Part shown: positions 9,543 to 17,543 of the stretch, one piece after another | Layout of the letters: every line of letters starts with the position of its first letter | Numbering within the stretch: position 1 is the stretch's first letter | Program-made: the position numbers and the translations under genes | Assembly: GCF_001945605.1 (NCBI RefSeq) | Contig: NZ_MPKA01000062.1 | Location: forward strand, 56,936-88,935 | Direction: 5' to 3' | Length of the DNA stretch: 32,000 nt | DNA from: Dubosiella newyorkensis | Lineage (GTDB): Bacteria > Bacillota_I > Bacilli_A > Erysipelotrichales > Erysipelotrichaceae | The notes under the pieces: model-generated | The model's input: the letters and a program-made list of their open reading frames with translations, nothing else | Databases searched by the model: none | Told to the model about the DNA's origin: nothing

Positions 9543-9617
9543 ACGATGAAGATTCCTTTATCGTAACCGTAGAAGTAAGTGAGCCATATAATATCGAATA
9601 TCTAAATTAAATACTTT

Positions 9618-10031
9618 ATGATCATGAAATATAAATTATCAGAAAAAATACTGTTTGACAGCGTGATTTTCGATCCAGTGAATAAAACTTTCGAGATCTT
9701 AGATGGTTCGATTGGCGTTTATCGTTATGAAGACATTAAACGATTTGCCATCTTAAATGAAAATGCCAGGTATCGAGGAAAGCAGGCTCCATTTACTGCA
9801 TTGCTTCCAGGATCAGGCCTTCCTGCCGGCATTTTTTCCTACCCCTATATGTATGTTGGCATCAAAGTGGTCCTCAAAGACGAAACAATTCTCGGGATCT
9901 ATGTTTCGAAAGAAAAGACAATGCTTAATACAGATCAATACTTACACGATCGAAAAATCGCTAATGAGATCGGACAAATATTTCAATCAATACTGAACGA
10001 TCAGGCAACTTTGAAAGATCCCTCCTGCTAA
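9618..10031 (+). CDS. Hypothetical cytoplasmic protein (137 aa)
   Basis: Intact ORF with backbone-like composition (GATC-rich). It has no signal peptide or TM, no recognisable motif and a weak RBS. The start could be ATG 9618 or 9624. Confidence 0.45.
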   Translation: MIMKYKLSEKILFDSVIFDPVNKTFEILDGSIGVYRYEDIKRFAILNENARYRGKQAPFTALLPGSGLPAGIFSYPYMYVGIKVVLKDETILGIYVSKEKTMLNTDQYLHDRKIANEIGQIFQSILNDQATLKDPSC

Positions 10032-10052
10032 AGAGGTGGGATCTTTCTTTCT
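10014..10052 (+). terminator. Terminator hairpin between convergent genes
   Basis: 9-bp stem aaagatccc (10014-10022) / gggatcttt (10038-10046), followed by cTTTcT. The stop codon of the 137-aa ORF lies in the loop. Confidence 0.55.
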
Positions 10053-10062
10053 CAAGGGATCT

Positions 10063-11685
10063 TTACACGTGTTGCGAAATGTATTCTTCTAATGAAATCG
10101 GACGGACCGTTCTGTTTTCTACCAGCAGGATTGTATCGTACATGGCTGCCGTGATCGCATCGGTCTTATGTGATATCGTAATGATCGTTTTCTCTTTTTC
10201 TTCTAGCATCGATCGTTCCAGACGCTTACGTGTCGCTTCATCGACGGCAGAAAACGCTTCGTCTAGTACGAGCCAGTTCTTGTCCGAAGCAAGTGCTCTT
10301 GCCAGCATGATACGCTGCATCTGTCCTCCGCTTAATGCTGTCCTATCGTTTTCAAACACTTCTTCTTTTCTGGAAATGAGATCATGCAGTCCGACATGAT
10401 CGAGCACATCCTCTACATTAATATGGCGACCAAGGACAATATTTTCCTTAAGGGATACCGGAAACAGTGCAAACGACTGGGATACGTAGGCAATGTGAGA
10501 AAAATATGAGGAATATGTGATTGAGGAAAGCGGAATGCCGTCGGCCACAACATTGGCGCATGGAATCTGCTTAAGCATGAGCTTCAATAACGTTGATTTC
10601 CCCTGTCCGCTCTCTCCGACAATCAGATATTTGCATCCTCGCCGAAATGTCAGATCAATATCTTTCAAGACCAAATGGTCTGGCGAATACGCGAAATCAA
10701 GGTGTTCGAAAGAAATTGTATCCAATTGAGAAATGCTTGTTGTTTCATGTTGGATATGAGCATTGATTTCTTTCATCATTTGTTCCATGTCTTCGATCAG
10801 GAACCGGCTTGATTCGATACGGTTCCTGAATGTGGCAAACTGAAAGAGCGGATTGACCACCATATTGGTGACCTGCATGATGGCAAGTACAAGCGGTATG
10901 GTCAGCATTTGAAAATGAACAAAGAGCGCGCCGATCCCGATCGTTCCTAAAAACATATACTGGCCGAATCCATTATTAATCGCATCGCTGGCCATGAGAA
11001 GGCTATCTGCTTTATTGTATGTTTCATGAAGATTTTCGCTTCCTGATCGCAGCAAATCAAAGTACGTCTTTTCATAATGTTCATTTTTGATAAACATGAA
11101 GTTATCGTAAAAATTCTTGATCGTCTGGATCCATTTTTCTTTTTGAACAAGTAGTGCTTTTTCCCGTTTTTGCAAAGGAACAAAGAAAAAGCGATTTCCA
11201 AGCAGACCCATTCCGGCAAGAATATACAAAAAGATCAAGATAGGCCAGCACAGAGCTGCGATATAAATGCTTCCGGCAGCAAAAGAAACAATAAGCGCTG
11301 TCATCTGAATCTGGGAATGGATATACTTCTCGACGATTTCATTAATCTTATTTGTCAGATCGTTGATCAGCGTACTAGAATCCTTGCGAAAAAAAGAGGC
11401 CGGATCTTCCTGAAGAATAGTGCGAACGCAACGCTGCTGCAAATCGTAACGTATCTTGTTTTCGAGCCGCTTGACCGCAAGCTGCTTTCCGGAATCTATC
11501 AGCGTATAAACGAGCAGGAAAACGATTGTCAGCACGATCAAGCCAACAAGTTTTTTCGTTTCCATGTTCAGGCCGAGCAGCTCTCCCATTAAATACGCTT
11601 TTCCAAGCTCAAGGATCGAAAAAACAAGGATCAGGCTGAATACGAGAGCGAAAAGTTTTCGATTGTTTTTGTATAGTGTTTTCAT
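10063..11685 (-). CDS. ABC exporter, fused transmembrane and ATP-binding domains (ABC_membrane + ABC_tran), without a C39 peptidase domain
   Basis: About 6 TM helices at the N-terminus. Walker A 'GESGQGKST', signature 'LSGGQMQRIMLARAL', Walker B 'WLVLDEAFSAVD'. Start is at ATG 11685 (MKTLYKNN) with AAAGGA 8 nt upstream. The ORF-track start at 11721 is a GTG. Confidence 0.85.
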   Translation of the reverse strand: MKTLYKNNRKLFALVFSLILVFSILELGKAYLMGELLGLNMETKKLVGLIVLTIVFLLVYTLIDSGKQLAVKRLENKIRYDLQQRCVRTILQEDPASFFRKDSSTLINDLTNKINEIVEKYIHSQIQMTALIVSFAAGSIYIAALCWPILIFLYILAGMGLLGNRFFFVPLQKREKALLVQKEKWIQTIKNFYDNFMFIKNEHYEKTYFDLLRSGSENLHETYNKADSLLMASDAINNGFGQYMFLGTIGIGALFVHFQMLTIPLVLAIMQVTNMVVNPLFQFATFRNRIESSRFLIEDMEQMMKEINAHIQHETTSISQLDTISFEHLDFAYSPDHLVLKDIDLTFRRGCKYLIVGESGQGKSTLLKLMLKQIPCANVVADGIPLSSITYSSYFSHIAYVSQSFALFPVSLKENIVLGRHINVEDVLDHVGLHDLISRKEEVFENDRTALSGGQMQRIMLARALASDKNWLVLDEAFSAVDEATRKRLERSMLEEKEKTIITISHKTDAITAAMYDTILLVENRTVRPISLEEYISQHV

Positions 11686-11774
11686 CTCTTTGTTCCTTTC
11701 CGAGTTCTGTTGTGCTTTCACTGTATCGGAAATTCAAAATAGATGCGACAATCGAAATTTTCAATATTTTTCCG

Positions 11775-13070
11775 TCAATCCCATGCTCTTTTTGTTTTTT
11801 GCTTTCTCTGCTGAAGAATCATTTGTTCTTTTATAAGCAAAAGAGCGTTTTCGGTTTTACCGAAACATTCTTCCAATTCGATCCGGATCGAAAGAAAAAA
11901 ATCCACCCAGTCCATTTCTTTGTTCAGCATGGCTTCCGAATACAAAACATGGAAGCTTTCCCGAGCTATTTCGTAATCATTACAGCTCCATGCTTTGATG
12001 CCTTGGACAAACCAGCGCAAAGACGACCACTGTTTTGTCGGCGCTTTTTTGCACCATTCCTTCAAGGCAGAAAGATTCCCAATCCGAAAATAGGCAAGCA
12101 AAAGATGATAGTACATGGAAAGATCGATATGATTTCCATTTTGTTCAATGGCGCGTTTTGCGTAAACGATCGTATTGAGCGGATCTTGCGCAAGGCTGGC
12201 CGCGCAGGCAAGCTCTTCAAGACAAGCAGATCTCAGAAAATCACAACCTATACGTCCGGCTTCTTTTTGTATGCGCAAAAACTGATTTCGCGCTTGTTCG
12301 TATCCGCCGTTTCTTGCCTGCAGGATCGTTTCAAGAAAAGCGATCTGCAAAAACTGTGTAGCCGATGCTTCCTTGAAAACAAGTTCTTTTGCACGATCGA
12401 TCAACTGTCGGGCAATGCCATCATATCCCGTGATCATATACAGGTCGATCAGGCGAGAGCATGCGATATAGGATGTTTCATCATAGCGTATCGCTTTTTC
12501 CAAATGATAACAGGCGATCTCAAAGTGCCGGCTTTCATAGTTTGCCACCCCGATCAGTTCCTCGTACAAGCTTTGATGGATATCGGAAAACAGATCCTGC
12601 AGTGTTTCGATCCGTTCGATCTCATGGAAGATCTTCTTTCGTTTTTCTTTATCCCACATCATTTTTTGAACTGGTGTTTCGTAAACAAGACGATAGAGCT
12701 TGAGCAGTTCGAATACCGCAAAGAAATAAGAAGCATGAAGTTCATTGCGTGTTAAAAAAGCATCCAGTCTTTCTAGCATCGCCGCAGGATCATGCACATG
12801 CAAATGTCGTAGTTCCATAAGTTCTTCTTTCCATTGATCCCAGTCGAACTGGTTGAGAAATTTTTCATATCCGAACAGCTGTGCGATCTGATTTCTTTGT
12901 TCGTGATCAGGAAGCAGTTCCCCGTTTTCTATGCGACGAACGGTCGAATACGACATATGCAGATGAGATCCGACATTTTCCATGCTCCATCCTTCTTCTT
13001 TTCTATGAACCTGCAGAAAACGTCCGAAAATTCGATCTGTTGATTTTCGATCAAATTGTTCTTTTTTCAT
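11775..13070 (-). CDS. XRE HTH + TPR-like repeat regulator (RRNPP/PlcR-Rgg-like architecture), 431 aa
   Basis: N-terminal HTH '[40 protein letters not shown]' followed by about 350 aa of repeated helix pairs (e.g. '[16 protein letters not shown]', '[19 protein letters not shown]', '[24 protein letters not shown]'). Start is at ATG 13070 (MKKEQFDRK). The gene lies 53 nt upstream of the ABC exporter on the same strand. Confidence 0.75.
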
Positions 13071-13126
13071 AGTGCTATTATATGGAAACGAATTTTGTTT
13101 TTTCAATATAATTTTTATTTTCACAC

Positions 13127-13156
13127 AAAAAAGCGCAATGATCCTCTCATTGCGCT
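13127..13156 (-). terminator. Orphan minus-strand intrinsic terminator upstream of the HTH-TPR regulator
   Basis: Perfect 10-bp stem agcgcaatga (13132-13141) / tcattgcgct (13147-13156) with a 5-nt loop. On the minus strand the stem is followed by TTTTT. No minus-strand gene lies upstream of it. Confidence 0.6.
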
Positions 13157-13189
13157 TGTAAAGATGAATTAGATTTCTTTCTATTTCCC

Positions 13190-13585
13190 GCAAATCGCAC
13201 AGCCAATCGCTCCCGGTCTCGTATGTGTGTCGATGCGTATTTTTCGCTTACTGCGTTGATGAATGATCAGAATGTGCCGCTGGCCTCCTTTATGGATAAA
13301 GCGTTTTTAGAAAATACCGAAGAAGCCGAGGCATGGAATACGTATCTGAATTCATTGGCTCTCTTATGTTCCAACTTGCGCATGGCTTTTGATACGGAAA
13401 TTTTAATCGGCGGACCGTTAAGCGAATATATCGATCATGATCTGGAAAAGCTGAAAGAGAAAACAAAGCCGTATGATCGTTTCGATCAAAAAGCCGATTA
13501 TCTTAAAACCGCGAAAATAAAACATGTAGCATCTGCGATTGGTGCTGCAGAACAGCTTTTTCTTAAAAAAATTCAACATTTATGA
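13190..13585 (+). pseudogene. 3' remnant of a ROK-family gene (about the C-terminal 125 aa only)
   Basis: '..[12 protein letters not shown]..' matches the end of the ROK zinc motif (CxCGxxGCxExYxSxxAL), and '..EILIGGPLSEYI..' matches the C-terminal ROK segment. The N-terminal ATPase domain (DxGGT) is missing. There is no RBS. Confidence 0.6.
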
Positions 13586-13592
13586 TTAAAGC

Positions 13593-13625
13593 AAAAATCA
13601 GCGAAAAAAAATAACGCTGATTTTT
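13593..13625 (+). terminator. Rho-independent terminator after the ROK remnant
   Basis: 11-bp stem aaaaatcagcg / cgctgattttt with an A-rich loop. The 3' arm ends in T5. Confidence 0.65.
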
Positions 13626-13658
13626 GGTTGTAATCTACTTCTATTTTGGATTATTTGA

Positions 13659-13701
13659 ATTTTTTCGTGCAAAACAATGATTTTTTCGTGCAAATCATAT
13701 A
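13659..13701 (+). promoter_or_regulatory. Tandem 21-bp direct repeat (TTTTTTCGTGCAAA-N-CA) upstream of dinJ-yafQ, a candidate operator/promoter region
   Basis: atTTTTTCGTGCAAAaCAatga (13659-13680) is followed immediately by TTTTTTCGTGCAAAtCAtata (13681-13701). A TATAGT -10-like hexamer follows, and the RBS AAGGAG starts at about 13719. Confidence 0.4.
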
Positions 13702-13733
13702 TAGTGTGATTGAAAGATAAGGAGATTGATCAT

Positions 13734-14012
13734 ATGCCTGCAAATACTACAAATATCAGTATCCGTATGGATACAAAGCTGAAAGTACAAGCTGAGGCTT
13801 TGTTTGCTGAGCTTGGTATGAATTTATCTACTGCATTCAACATTTTTGTTCGTCAATCGCTTCGCGAAGGAGGAATTCCGTTTGAAATAAAACTCGAACA
13901 ACCTAATAAGGAAACGATTGCTGCGTTAATGGAAGCAGAAAGGATCGCAAACGACCCCTCCATCAAAGGATATAATGATCTCGATGAACTGTTTGCCGAA
14001 CTGAAAAAATGA
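13734..14012 (+). CDS. dinJ: Type II antitoxin, RelB/DinJ family
   Basis: 'NISIRMDTKLKVQAEALFAELGMNLSTAFNIFVRQSLREGGIPFEI' is a ribbon-helix-helix DinJ signature. Start is at ATG 13734 after AAGGAG. The gene overlaps the toxin gene by ATGA. Confidence 0.85.
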   Translation: MPANTTNISIRMDTKLKVQAEALFAELGMNLSTAFNIFVRQSLREGGIPFEIKLEQPNKETIAALMEAERIANDPSIKGYNDLDELFAELKK

Positions 14013-14299
14013 GAAAAACCAAACTTACTATTAAATACACGACCGCATTCAAGAAAGATTTCAAACGTGCCATCAAACGTGGTCAGAAAATCGAACTGCT
14101 AGAAAAGGTCGTAGACTTCCTTGCAAACGGCGAAACATTGCCCGAAAAATATCGAGATCATGATTTATCTGGTGACTGGATACATTATCGAGAATGTCAT
14201 ATCCAACCAGACTGGTTATTAATCTATCGTATCGAAAATGAACTTCTCGTACTGACTCTCACCCGTACCGGATCTCATAGCGATCTATTTTATAAATAA
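14009..14299 (+). CDS. yafQ: Type II toxin, YafQ/RelE-family mRNA interferase
   Basis: 'FKKDFKRAIKRG...YRDHDLSGDWIHYRECHIQPDWLLIYRIENELLVLTLTRTGSHSDLF' matches the YafQ family, including the catalytic His residues near the C-terminus. Confidence 0.85.
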   Translation: MRKTKLTIKYTTAFKKDFKRAIKRGQKIELLEKVVDFLANGETLPEKYRDHDLSGDWIHYRECHIQPDWLLIYRIENELLVLTLTRTGSHSDLFYK

Positions 14300-14310
14300 A
14301 TATATTAAAA

Positions 14311-14330
14311 CGAGGATCGACCGATCCTCG
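14311..14330 (+). terminator. Short hairpin after yafQ
   Basis: cgaggat..atcctcg inverted repeat immediately after the stop codon. The U-tract is weak (cTTTccTT). Confidence 0.4.
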
Positions 14331-14478
14331 CTTTCCTTATTATTCGAAAAGAAATCTGTTTTCACAGATCTCCATGCATCGATTGAAGAAAGACTTTGAC
14401 AAAATTCAATCCGTTTGTTTCGCTTTCGACTCATAAACTTCATCTTCCTCAATTCGGTATGGTAAAATGAATGAGCAC

Positions 14479-14513
14479 AAAAAAAAGAAAGGAACTTAAT
14501 TTCAATTCCTTTC
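14479..14513 (-). terminator. Rho-independent terminator of the 117-aa membrane protein gene
   Basis: 8-bp stem gaaaggaa (14487-14494) / ttcctttc (14506-14513). On the minus strand the stem is followed by T8 (14479-14486). Confidence 0.7.
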
Positions 14514-14571
14514 CAAGATCCTGCTCAAGCGAACCCTTTTTTGTACGTATCCTAAAAGATCGGTTCACTTT

Positions 14572-14925
14572 TTAATCGAGAATGATCGTCATGCTCATCG
14601 CGCCGATCCAGATCAAAAACGCCGGTAGAATATTCGGGAGCACGCTCGGATTGGCGGCGCAAGCCAAAAATAAGAGAGTCATAGCGATCACAATGCCCCA
14701 TCCCATCCGCTTATTAGGTTGTATGTCATAGACCCTAGACCAAAAGATCAAGCAGACTCCAAAAAAACCATAAACAAGTGGCGCCGATCCGCCTTGGAAG
14801 GGCAAAGAAAGTCCATGACTCATCAATGTGGATTCATTTTGGAGCAAACAGAATAATAGCGAGCTTCCGAATGGCGAAAGGACCAAAAATGTCTGGTGCA
14901 GCATACGGCTGAAAGTTCTGCTCAT
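14572..14925 (-). CDS. Small integral membrane protein (117 aa, about 4 TM), function unknown
   Basis: Hydrophobic segments throughout. Good RBS AAGGTGA 5 nt upstream of the ATG. It has its own terminator and is separated from DUF3284 by another terminator. Confidence 0.6.
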   Translation of the reverse strand: MSRTFSRMLHQTFLVLSPFGSSLLFCLLQNESTLMSHGLSLPFQGGSAPLVYGFFGVCLIFWSRVYDIQPNKRMGWGIVIAMTLLFLACAANPSVLPNILPAFLIWIGAMSMTIILD

Positions 14926-14985
14926 CGTTTCACCTTCTTTACTCTATATTGTACTCAAATTTTGGGAAATCTTTGGGTTGATGCT

Positions 14986-15017
14986 TAAAAAAGAAGCCGT
15001 TTAGTTTTCGGCTTCTT
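14986..15017 (-). terminator. Terminator overlapping the 3' end of the DUF3284 gene
   Basis: 9-bp stem aagaagccg (14991-14999) / cggcttctt (15009-15017). On the minus strand it is followed by TTTTaa. The stop codon lies inside the hairpin. Confidence 0.55.
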
Positions 15018-15480
15018 CTTGGTTTTCTGAATCGGATTCACGGTTTTCGATGATGGAACGTTCCATGGCGCGAAGACGTTTTTTAATATCTTTTTTCGCT
15101 TTATGATTGTAGACCAAGCCGACAAGCCATCCATTCATGGCTGCCATTTTTCCTTGCCCTTCAAAATCTTCCATATACGACAAGCCGATATTTCCGTTAT
15201 CGAGCTCTTCGACTTCATAGCGCATCCTGTTTTTTCCGGCGCCAGAATCGAATTCCGCTTCATAGATCGTAGGATACGTGAATCGCGTGATCGTGACACG
15301 TACGCTCGCGTCTTTCCCCATCTTCGATTTTAATTTTTTCTTATACGTATAATTATCATGTAACGCGGAAACATTGACGGATTTTCCGGTCGCCTGCTTG
15401 ATATCATAAATAACAGAAGGCACGATCACATCAAAGAGTTCTTTGGCGCTCACTTCCATTTCGAGATTGACTTCTATCAT
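15001..15480 (-). CDS. DUF3284-family protein (commonly linked to cellobiose/lactose-family PTS operons)
   Basis: 159 aa. The family call rests on overall resemblance ('MIEVNLEMEVSAKELFDVI...') and genomic context. RBS AGGGAGGA. Confidence 0.6.
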   Translation of the reverse strand: MIEVNLEMEVSAKELFDVIVPSVIYDIKQATGKSVNVSALHDNYTYKKKLKSKMGKDASVRVTITRFTYPTIYEAEFDSGAGKNRMRYEVEELDNGNIGLSYMEDFEGQGKMAAMNGWLVGLVYNHKAKKDIKKRLRAMERSIIENRESDSENQEEAEN

Positions 15481-15528
15481 TCTAGTTCCTCCCTTTATTC
15501 GAATGTGTTAATCATAACATAGTTGACT

Positions 15529-16176
15529 TCAATTGGAAATCTCGATCGTTTCGACTTCGGGATTATAAAACGTTTTTGTCAAAAAGATCGGTTCTCCTTT
15601 TTTTGTGCGGTAGAGCGATTCGACCATGATGATCGGACGATCCAGAGCGATTTCCATTAAATTGGCGAATTGTACTGGAACTAGGATGGGGTAAAACGTT
15701 TGATGGATATGAAATTCATCTTTAGATTCGATCGCTTCAAACACATGGTCGATATCTTGGTAATCGTCCATATAGCGTCGTTTGGATACATAGATCTCAT
15801 CGATATAAGCCACGCGCTCATCTTTATTGTGTTTGGACACGATCCGCAGAAGATCTTCATAAACCGGAATTTCTAAAATAGGCGCGATATCTTTAAAAAC
15901 TCTTCGCGTCATATACAACAAGTGCCTTGAATAGTGACTTGGGCGGAGCGAGTTCTTTTTGATCAATCCTTTTTCCGAAACAAAGGTGCCGCGCGTGGTA
16001 TCCCGATATAAGACACCTTCATCGACAAGTTCATTGATCGCTTTTCGAAGCGTCATTCTCGATACGTTGAATTTTTGAGAAAGTGCGCGTTCGGATGGAA
16101 TAGCGGTATTGCTTTCTTGTTGGGAAATTAAATCCAGAAGTTCCGTTTTCACTTGCTGGTAGACTGGTTTAGCCAT
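15529..16176 (-). CDS. GntR-family transcriptional regulator, HutC subfamily (HTH + UTRA effector domain)
   Basis: 'LPSERALSQKFNVSRMTLRKAINELVDEGVLYR' is a canonical GntR winged HTH. The C-terminal half, about 140 aa, is UTRA-like. Confidence 0.88.
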   Translation of the reverse strand: MAKPVYQQVKTELLDLISQQESNTAIPSERALSQKFNVSRMTLRKAINELVDEGVLYRDTTRGTFVSEKGLIKKNSLRPSHYSRHLLYMTRRVFKDIAPILEIPVYEDLLRIVSKHNKDERVAYIDEIYVSKRRYMDDYQDIDHVFEAIESKDEFHIHQTFYPILVPVQFANLMEIALDRPIIMVESLYRTKKGEPIFLTKTFYNPEVETIEISN

Positions 16177-16203
16177 CTTGTTCCACCCTTTCTTTTTTAC
16201 TTA

Positions 16204-17289
16204 CTATTTCATGAATCCAAATGTTTTCCACGGATCCAAGTATTCGAGCAAGATCATTTCTTGTTCTGGTAAGTGGCCGACAACATTCTTTTTACCATCA
16301 TTTGGCATATCTTTCAAGATAACGTGAAGCTCTCCTTTATATCTGTCATAATTGTCATTTACGATGACGATATCTCCTCGTTTAAGATCGCGCGTGTTTC
16401 GAGGAGGGATCGAAGCATCTTTGAATGTGATGCGTGGCATCGTAGAACGCGCCGCGTATTCGTTCATATCCCCACGCACAAAATGCAGATGCTCATAAAG
16501 GATCTTTTCTTCCGCTGGCGCAAGTTCGCCTTCTAGATCGACCTTGAATGTCAGCTTGCCCGGCTCGATCTTGGCCAGTTCGGTCATTTCTTCTTCCGAA
16601 GCGAAACAGTTGGCGATCAATACGTCGTCGACTAGGCCTGTCGCGAATAAGTGACGGGCTTGCAGATCGATCGGCAGGTCGCGGTGCATTTCCAAAGTGC
16701 ACAAACCTTCATAGACGTTCCATGGACCAAAGGTGTTTGGCTGCTGGCTAGAGACAAAAGCGGCGATCGGCAAGTTGTGCTTGCGGATCTGTTTGGATGT
16801 TTTTTCAAATGTCTTGTAGCTTAATCCCGAATAGCGTTGTGGATAAAAGTTATGACATGTGAGGACATAGTCGGTATTTGGTTTATAGCTCATGATGTTG
16901 TCGATGGCTTTATTGTCGACAGAAGCGTTGAATTCGATCTTTAAGTGATTTGGATTATAGGTCATGAGCGCTTCTTTGTGGCCATCGAATCCTTCGTCGA
17001 GCCGGATACCATCGGCATCGATTTCTGAAAAGAACGAAAGATCGTCATAACTGATGCCTAGACGTTCGAAGACATAAGGAGCGACATCCATGATGACTTC
17101 CATTCCGTTTTGGTGGGCGAAGTCGATGAGCTCTTTGAATTCTTCTTTGATCTCTTCTTTTGGTTTATCGACCGACAACAAGCAAGTAAAGATGCGTTTG
17201 AATCCATACTTGGCTGCTTGTTCGATGTATTTTTTGTTTTCTTCCAAACTGGCGTGTTCGGGATAAATCGAAATTCCTAATCTTCTCAT
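16204..17289 (-). CDS. DUF871 / MupG-family 6-phospho-glycosidase (6-phospho-N-acetylmuramidase-like)
   Basis: 361 aa. 'MRRLGISIYPEH...YIEQAAKYGFKRIFTCLL' and the TIM-barrel plus C-terminal beta-domain layout are typical of PF05913. It is adjacent to a PTS EIIC gene. Confidence 0.8.
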   Translation of the reverse strand: MRRLGISIYPEHASLEENKKYIEQAAKYGFKRIFTCLLSVDKPKEEIKEEFKELIDFAHQNGMEVIMDVAPYVFERLGISYDDLSFFSEIDADGIRLDEGFDGHKEALMTYNPNHLKIEFNASVDNKAIDNIMSYKPNTDYVLTCHNFYPQRYSGLSYKTFEKTSKQIRKHNLPIAAFVSSQQPNTFGPWNVYEGLCTLEMHRDLPIDLQARHLFATGLVDDVLIANCFASEEEMTELAKIEPGKLTFKVDLEGELAPAEEKILYEHLHFVRGDMNEYAARSTMPRITFKDASIPPRNTRDLKRGDIVIVNDNYDRYKGELHVILKDMPNDGKKNVVGHLPEQEMILLEYLDPWKTFGFMK

Positions 17290-17486
17290 TTTTTATTTCT
17301 CCTTGTTTTTGTGGTGTTTTGATTCTTTTTTTTACTGTTTTTATTTCGGAACAAAATGATTCCGATCAAGATGATGCAGAGTCCTTCGATCACAATGATG
17401 ATTGGTTTGTCATACATTGGCGAAGATACGATAAAGAGCAGTCCGATCGATATGATGAACAGCTCCCATGAGCCCCATTTGTTCAT
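17286..17486 (-). CDS. Small membrane protein (66 aa, 2 TM, Lys-rich tail)
   Basis: 'WELFIISIGLLFIVSS' and 'IIIVIEGLCIILIGIILF' are hydrophobic helices. The stop overlaps the DUF871 start (ATGA), which suggests translational coupling. Confidence 0.5.
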   Translation of the reverse strand: MNKWGSWELFIISIGLLFIVSSPMYDKPIIIVIEGLCIILIGIILFRNKNSKKKNQNTTKTRRNKK

Positions 17487-17543
17487 ACTTATCCTTTCTA
17501 AAAAAAGAAAGGGAATTCCCTTCCTTTACTGATGCATGTCTTA

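Noticed and set aside
9526-9612. A possible frameshifted 3' extension of the secreted-protein gene; the +2 frame after the stop reads '..LLNDEDSFIVTVEVSEPYNIEYLN*'
   Set aside because: That frame is open for only about 28 codons and is closed by a TAG just upstream. There is no homopolymer or slippery site at the junction. It is too short to distinguish from chance without homologs.
11676-12755. A 359-aa + strand ORF antisense to the HTH-TPR regulator gene
   Set aside because: The translation is F/C/R-rich junk with no motifs and no RBS. The opposite strand encodes a coherent HTH + TPR protein. Long antisense ORFs arise when sense codon usage avoids the reverse complements of stop codons.
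13082-13111. A 9-codon ORF (METNFVFSI) divergent from the HTH-TPR regulator, considered as a possible SHP/XIP-like pheromone gene
   Set aside because: It has no RBS and is too short to contain an export leader. It overlaps what looks like the regulator's promoter region.
14336-14494. A 52-aa minus-strand ORF (MKFMSRKRNKRIEFCQ...) in the gap after yafQ
   Set aside because: It runs through the yafQ terminator hairpin, has awkward RBS spacing and shows no recognisable features. It is probably fortuitous.
16493-16751. Arg/Pro-rich ORFs on both strands inside the DUF871 gene
   Set aside because: These are off-frame translations of a locally GC-richer coding stretch. The DUF871 frame is continuous and well supported.
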